Assembly: GCA_965242695.1 (NCBI GenBank)
Contig: CBDESU010000002.1
Location: 864,001 to 928,000 of the forward strand
Length of the DNA stretch: 64,000 nucleotides
Direction of reading: 5' to 3'
From: Cenarchaeum sp.
GTDB taxonomy: Archaea; Thermoproteota; Nitrososphaeria; Nitrososphaerales; Nitrosopumilaceae
How positions within the stretch are numbered: the stretch's first letter is position 1; every line of letters starts with the position of its first letter. The translations under genes and the position numbers were made by a program. The notes under the pieces are model-generated. The model saw nothing but the letters and a program-made list of their open reading frames with translations. It was not told the origin of the DNA and did no database searches. Positions 59,879 to 64,000 of this stretch are shown here, one piece after another.

Positions 59879-60517
59879 CTACCCGGTGTACCCGCACATG
59901 CCCATCCGCGGCGAGTTGACGACCGGCAGGTACTCGTCCTCTCCCCCGCGCTTTTTGGCGCAGGCGTCGCAAAGCAGGGCGGGGTCCTTGTCGTCGTCCA
60001 TGCACTCGGTGCATATCTCCGTTGCAATGCCCTTGCCGCCGCACTTGCCGCAGTCGAACTTTATCGCGTCGTTTCTTGCGGCCAGCTCGGCGGGCCTCTT
60101 CATCCCCGCGCCCGAGCACATGCCGACAAGGCTTACTCCGAGCATGGTCGACGTGCCAAAGTCGTACGTGTACTCTAGGTTGTGGCTGGCGCCCAGGACC
60201 TTGACCGCGTTCGCGCCCATCGTCTTGTCCCTCGGATCGCCATAGTCGCTCTTCATGGACAGGTACGAGACGTCCCCGTCGCTGAACGAGCTGAGGTGGC
60301 CGCAGCACTCGACCCACGTGCTCCTGAGCAGGTCGTCAAGGTCGCTCAGCTTTGCCTTTCCAGAGACCCTTGCGTACAGCCAGTAGGGCCCCCCGCCGAC
60401 GACCATTACCAGGCATGCGCCGCCCCTGCCGCCCTTTTCAAAGTGCCCTGCAAGGTGGGCCTTCATCCTTTGCGCCGACACCTTTTCGTCGCAGACCATG
60501 CACGTCCCGCTTGCCAC
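59879..60517 (-). CDS. pRiA4b ORF3/TnpR-like Cys-rich protein, paralog 2
   Basis: LSDLDDLLRSTWVECCGHLSSF, YTYDFG, CxxC pairs, NSPRMGMCGY. Confidence 0.78.
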   Translation of the reverse strand: MASGTCMVCDEKVSAQRMKAHLAGHFEKGGRGGACLVMVVGGGPYWLYARVSGKAKLSDLDDLLRSTWVECCGHLSSFSDGDVSYLSMKSDYGDPRDKTMGANAVKVLGASHNLEYTYDFGTSTMLGVSLVGMCSGAGMKRPAELAARNDAIKFDCGKCGGKGIATEICTECMDDDKDPALLCDACAKKRGGEDEYLPVVNSPRMGMCGYTG

Positions 60518-60701
60518 GCCCGCGCGCTCCGGGGCCCGTATTTAAGCGCCGCGCCCTAGTGCGCCGGCGCCCCGCCGCCGCCCGCGGCGGCCGCCGCGGC
60601 CCCTGCGACGCTCGCCCCGTACGCGGCAAAGCCGAGCATTACGAGGGCCGGGATGAGCGTGATCGCCGCCTCTCTGGACACGCCGCGCCGCCCCGTAGCC
60701 G

Positions 60702-61556
60702 CTATATGAATCTGTTGGGGTACATGGTCTCGTACCGCTTGCCCCACGCATGCGACGGCGGCCACGGCGTCGTGTCCCTGCGGTCCGACCTGCCGTACAT
60801 GCACCTGCCCATCCTCGGCGAGTTGCGCGCCGGCAGGAAGCGCAGGTCGCCGTCGTGCCGGTGCCCCCTAGCGCAGGCATCGCACATGAGCCTGTCCTCG
60901 CCGAGCGAGCTGCACTCTATGCATATCCTCCTGCCGCCCCGCCGCCGCCCGCACTCGTCGCAGTCGTGCTCGATCTTTTCGTTCCTCATGGCCACCTCGA
61001 CGGGCCTCTCCATGCCCGCCGCCGAGCACGCGTCCACCACGCGCACGTCGAGGTACGTCGTCCTGTGCGGCATGAGGTCGTACGTGTAGTCGCCGACCGA
61101 GCCCGACCCGAGCACCTCCTCGACCGTGTGGTCCTCCATCCTCAGGTACATGTCGCCCGGTTCGTGCTCGCCGAGCACGACGCCGCCGTTGAAGTCGATG
61201 CCGTCGACGACCATCATGCTGACGTGGTCAAAGTGGCAGTCGAGCCACGAGCGCCGCAGGCGGCCGTCGATGTCCGACAGGAACGCGCCGCGCGCGGCCC
61301 TTGCGATCATCCAGTAGTCGTGCCGCTCCCTGCTGTCGATCCGCAGCACGTACGCCCCGCTGTCGCCCCCGCCCCAGTGGGCGGCCGCGTGGTCCGGCGC
61401 GTCTGCGTACGCGACGAGCTCGCCGCACGCGCGGCACTTTCCGCGCGTCAGGGGATCCTCGAGGCGCGGCTTTATGCGCGCCTCTGCGCGGTCGAGCGCC
61501 TCCGTTCCGGACAGGGGATCGTCGTGCGAGAGCCAGCCCGGGATGCCAGACGCCAC
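60702..61556 (-). CDS. pRiA4b ORF3/TnpR-like Cys-rich protein, paralog 1
   Basis: LSDIDGRLRRSWLDCHFDH, YTYDL, CxxC pairs, NSPRMGRCMY. Confidence 0.75.
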   Translation of the reverse strand: MASGIPGWLSHDDPLSGTEALDRAEARIKPRLEDPLTRGKCRACGELVAYADAPDHAAAHWGGGDSGAYVLRIDSRERHDYWMIARAARGAFLSDIDGRLRRSWLDCHFDHVSMMVVDGIDFNGGVVLGEHEPGDMYLRMEDHTVEEVLGSGSVGDYTYDLMPHRTTYLDVRVVDACSAAGMERPVEVAMRNEKIEHDCDECGRRRGGRRICIECSSLGEDRLMCDACARGHRHDGDLRFLPARNSPRMGRCMYGRSDRRDTTPWPPSHAWGKRYETMYPNRFI

Positions 61557-61574
61557 GCATCCCTCCCCTCCGCG

Positions 61575-63725
61575 CTAGGAGGACGGCGATGCCGGCTCCG
61601 CCCTTCCGCCCCTCTTCCACTCGAGCGTGTTGTACACCGTCTCGGGCACGAGCTGCCTGAACGGCCGCGAGCCGCCGTCGTACCATTTTGTAAAGAACTC
61701 GTAGAGGTGCAGCCTGAGCGACTGTATGTACACGATGAGCCCCTCGATCATCATTATGCCGATCTGCCCGCCGACGATCAGGACGACGGCGCCGGGCGAG
61801 TCGAGCCCCCCCATCGACTTGAACGCGTTGTTGACGGTGAGCAGCAGCGCCGCGTGCACGAGCAGCATGATGCCGATCCGGGCGTAGCTGATGGTGTGCG
61901 CCAGGCACTCTATGGTCTTGCCGAGGAGCACCTCCATGATGACGCTCACCGCGTCGCCGCCCTCCTCTGGGTGCCTCTTGTTGTGCTTTATGCCGCCGAT
62001 GATCATGAGGACCATGGACGCTATGACGATGATGATCGAGACGCGCACGACGATCCAGGTGACGGCCCACTCGCCGAGTATGATCGTAACCCACGGTACG
62101 GGCTCGGCGTGGGCCCTAGAGTACATGTTCATGACGTCGTACCCCGAGCCGATCGCGCCCATCATGACGCCGAACACGCCGAGCCACATGAACAGGTTCG
62201 GTATGCCCTCGAATATGACGCCGTCCCTGTTGCCCGTGCGCCTGTACCTGTGGATGCGCAGCGCGAACGCCCACGCCAGGTGTATGACGCCGATGAATAT
62301 AGAGACCTTTAGTATGAGTATGACCTGCTCGAACGTCAGCTCGGCGACCGTGATGGCGCCGACCAGCCACGATACCGAGTGGAGGGGGCCGCCCTCGTGC
62401 AGCAGCGCCCCGAACGGCGCAAAGTACTCTAGGTGGAACCCGAACACCTCGCCCTGGAATATGCCGGCTATGGCCGCGGCCGCGCCCGACATCGCAAGCA
62501 GCATGCCCCAGCGGGATATGCTGCCCTGCCCCTTGAACTTGAAGAGCAGCCCGAGGCCCATCAGGGCCAGGCCGTGCCCGAGGTCGGCGAACATTATGCC
62601 GTAGAATATGGGCCACATGAGGGCGATCATCCAGGTCGGGTCGAACTCGCCCCTCTTCGGTGTCCCCTGGCTGTCCGTTATGACCTCGTACGTGCGGACC
62701 CACCGCGGGTTGTCCATGCGGACCGGCAGCCTTGCAAGCTCGTCGGGGTCTGTAATCTCCTCGGTTATCGACGTCCACTGCCCAGTGACCTTCCTGAACT
62801 TTTCCTCCATCTTCTTCGGTATGTACCCCTGTATGACGGCAAAGCGCCTCGTGCCGCCGGGCTTGCGCAGCGTCTCTAGGACGTCCTTTGCCACGGCGGC
62901 GGCCTCGTGGAGTGCGAGCACGCCGCCGCGCACCTCCTTTTTGACCGCGGCCATCTCCTTTGCCGTTTTCTTGATCTCGGCCTCCGCCTCCTTTGCGGCG
63001 GATGCGGCGGCCGCATGCGCCTCGCTCGGCACCTGGCTGAACGAGGGGGGTATGGACAGCGGGGCCGCGTTGAGGCCCCTCATCACCTTTAGTATGCGGT
63101 CGGCATCGCCGGCGGCGCCGGCGACGAACAGGGCCGACCTTGCCTTGGACTCTAGCGCGTGCGGGTACAGCGCGGCCGAGCCGGCAAGGGCCCTCTCGGC
63201 CTCTGGCACCGAGGCAGTGTCAATGACGAACAGCTCGGTAAAGAAGCGCCTGCCGCCTTCGCCCCCGCCAGAGCCGCCGAGCCGCCCGAGGTCGACGCTC
63301 AGCTTGCTCGCCGCCTGCAGGGCGTCCCTGAGCGACGAGTTCTCCTCGAGGCGCCTCTTGGCGGAGGCCTCCTGCTCTAGCAGGGCCGATGCGCGGGCCG
63401 TCGCCTCCGGCGCCCTTGCCTCCAGGTCGGCGATCATGCCGCCGATCTCGTCGAGCTCGTACGAGCGCTTCTTGAAGACGGTCCCCTTGAAGAGTATCTC
63501 GAGTATGCCGACCCTCGGCGGTATGCCGAGGCCCCTGACGACCTCGTCGAGGGACTGGTGGACCTTTTGCGCCCTGAGCAGGAGGTCGTCGATCTCGGGC
63601 GTGACGGTCTCGTTGTCGGCGTCGACCTTGTGGAACCACTCGAACTCGGCCAGCCGCGAGGCGGCCTTTGGGGACTCGGACCGCGGGAGAATCACCGATC
63701 CGAGCACCAACTCGGAGACTGCCAA
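61575..63725 (-). CDS. atpI: A/V-type ATP synthase subunit I
   Basis: EFDPT, FYGIMFADLGHG, HTISYARI, IQSLRLHLYEFFTKWY. Confidence 0.95.
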   Translation of the reverse strand: MAVSELVLGSVILPRSESPKAASRLAEFEWFHKVDADNETVTPEIDDLLLRAQKVHQSLDEVVRGLGIPPRVGILEILFKGTVFKKRSYELDEIGGMIADLEARAPEATARASALLEQEASAKRRLEENSSLRDALQAASKLSVDLGRLGGSGGGEGGRRFFTELFVIDTASVPEAERALAGSAALYPHALESKARSALFVAGAAGDADRILKVMRGLNAAPLSIPPSFSQVPSEAHAAAASAAKEAEAEIKKTAKEMAAVKKEVRGGVLALHEAAAVAKDVLETLRKPGGTRRFAVIQGYIPKKMEEKFRKVTGQWTSITEEITDPDELARLPVRMDNPRWVRTYEVITDSQGTPKRGEFDPTWMIALMWPIFYGIMFADLGHGLALMGLGLLFKFKGQGSISRWGMLLAMSGAAAAIAGIFQGEVFGFHLEYFAPFGALLHEGGPLHSVSWLVGAITVAELTFEQVILILKVSIFIGVIHLAWAFALRIHRYRRTGNRDGVIFEGIPNLFMWLGVFGVMMGAIGSGYDVMNMYSRAHAEPVPWVTIILGEWAVTWIVVRVSIIIVIASMVLMIIGGIKHNKRHPEEGGDAVSVIMEVLLGKTIECLAHTISYARIGIMLLVHAALLLTVNNAFKSMGGLDSPGAVVLIVGGQIGIMMIEGLIVYIQSLRLHLYEFFTKWYDGGSRPFRQLVPETVYNTLEWKRGGRAEPASPSS

Positions 63726-64000
63726 CGGCGCGGGCCGGCGCGCGTCGTGTTTAAAGCCTTTCCGGGCTGTGGACGGGGATGGTGCGCGGCCCCCATGCGG
63801 CCCGGCGCGCCTTCTGCGGCCCCCGCCGGCCCCCCAGCCCCCGCCTTTGGCCCCCGCCTCGGCCCATCCTGGCCGGATCGCGCTGCCTGCGCCCTGCGGC
63901 CGGCCTTCGGCTCGCCGGCCCTAGCCGGCCGTCAGCGGGGGAGCATGGCCGCAGGCTGTCTTGGACGCAGGGGCCGCGGGCGCCGCATCCCCGACGGGTG

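Noticed and set aside
1-64000. tRNA/rRNA genes, prophage or integrase; the many long Arg/Ala/Gly/Pro-rich antisense ORFs
   Set aside because: No RNA gene or viral hallmark was recognised by eye (tRNAscan/Infernal not run); shadow ORFs are expected at this GC content.

Overview
This 64-kb window is a GC-rich archaeal chromosome segment, most likely from an ammonia-oxidising Nitrososphaeria (Nitrosopumilaceae/Cenarchaeum-like, possibly a host-associated symbiont). That assignment is inferred from the archaeal PoK/PPS CoA pathway, the AOA-style Amt, A/V-ATPase subunits C and I, and TATA boxes about 30 nt before start codons. Housekeeping blocks (coaBC-panB-pps-pok-phoU, an ABC/S-layer operon, tmk-pyrH, ATPase/amt) alternate with accessory DNA. 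Main accessory elements: (1) an IS110/IS1111-type element whose ends, TG core and two-loop bridge-RNA-like guides to donor and target can be read from the sequence; (2) the best candidate for an undescribed system, made of two MORC-like GHKL ATPases with AbiEi-like tails flanking an AbiEii-type nucleotidyltransferase, plus a shared upstream inverted-repeat element and a 71-bp hairpin array (one ATPase copy is split by IS630); (3) a PIN toxin preceded by three ORFs sharing an identical 48-aa module; (4) MNT-HEPN, an AT-rich type I R-M island, a Dam-like methylase, a ubiquitin-like ORF and several tandem paralog sets. A 19-bp promoter motif is shared by amt and a 36-aa small membrane protein gene. 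All family calls come from reading motifs by eye; no database searches were run.
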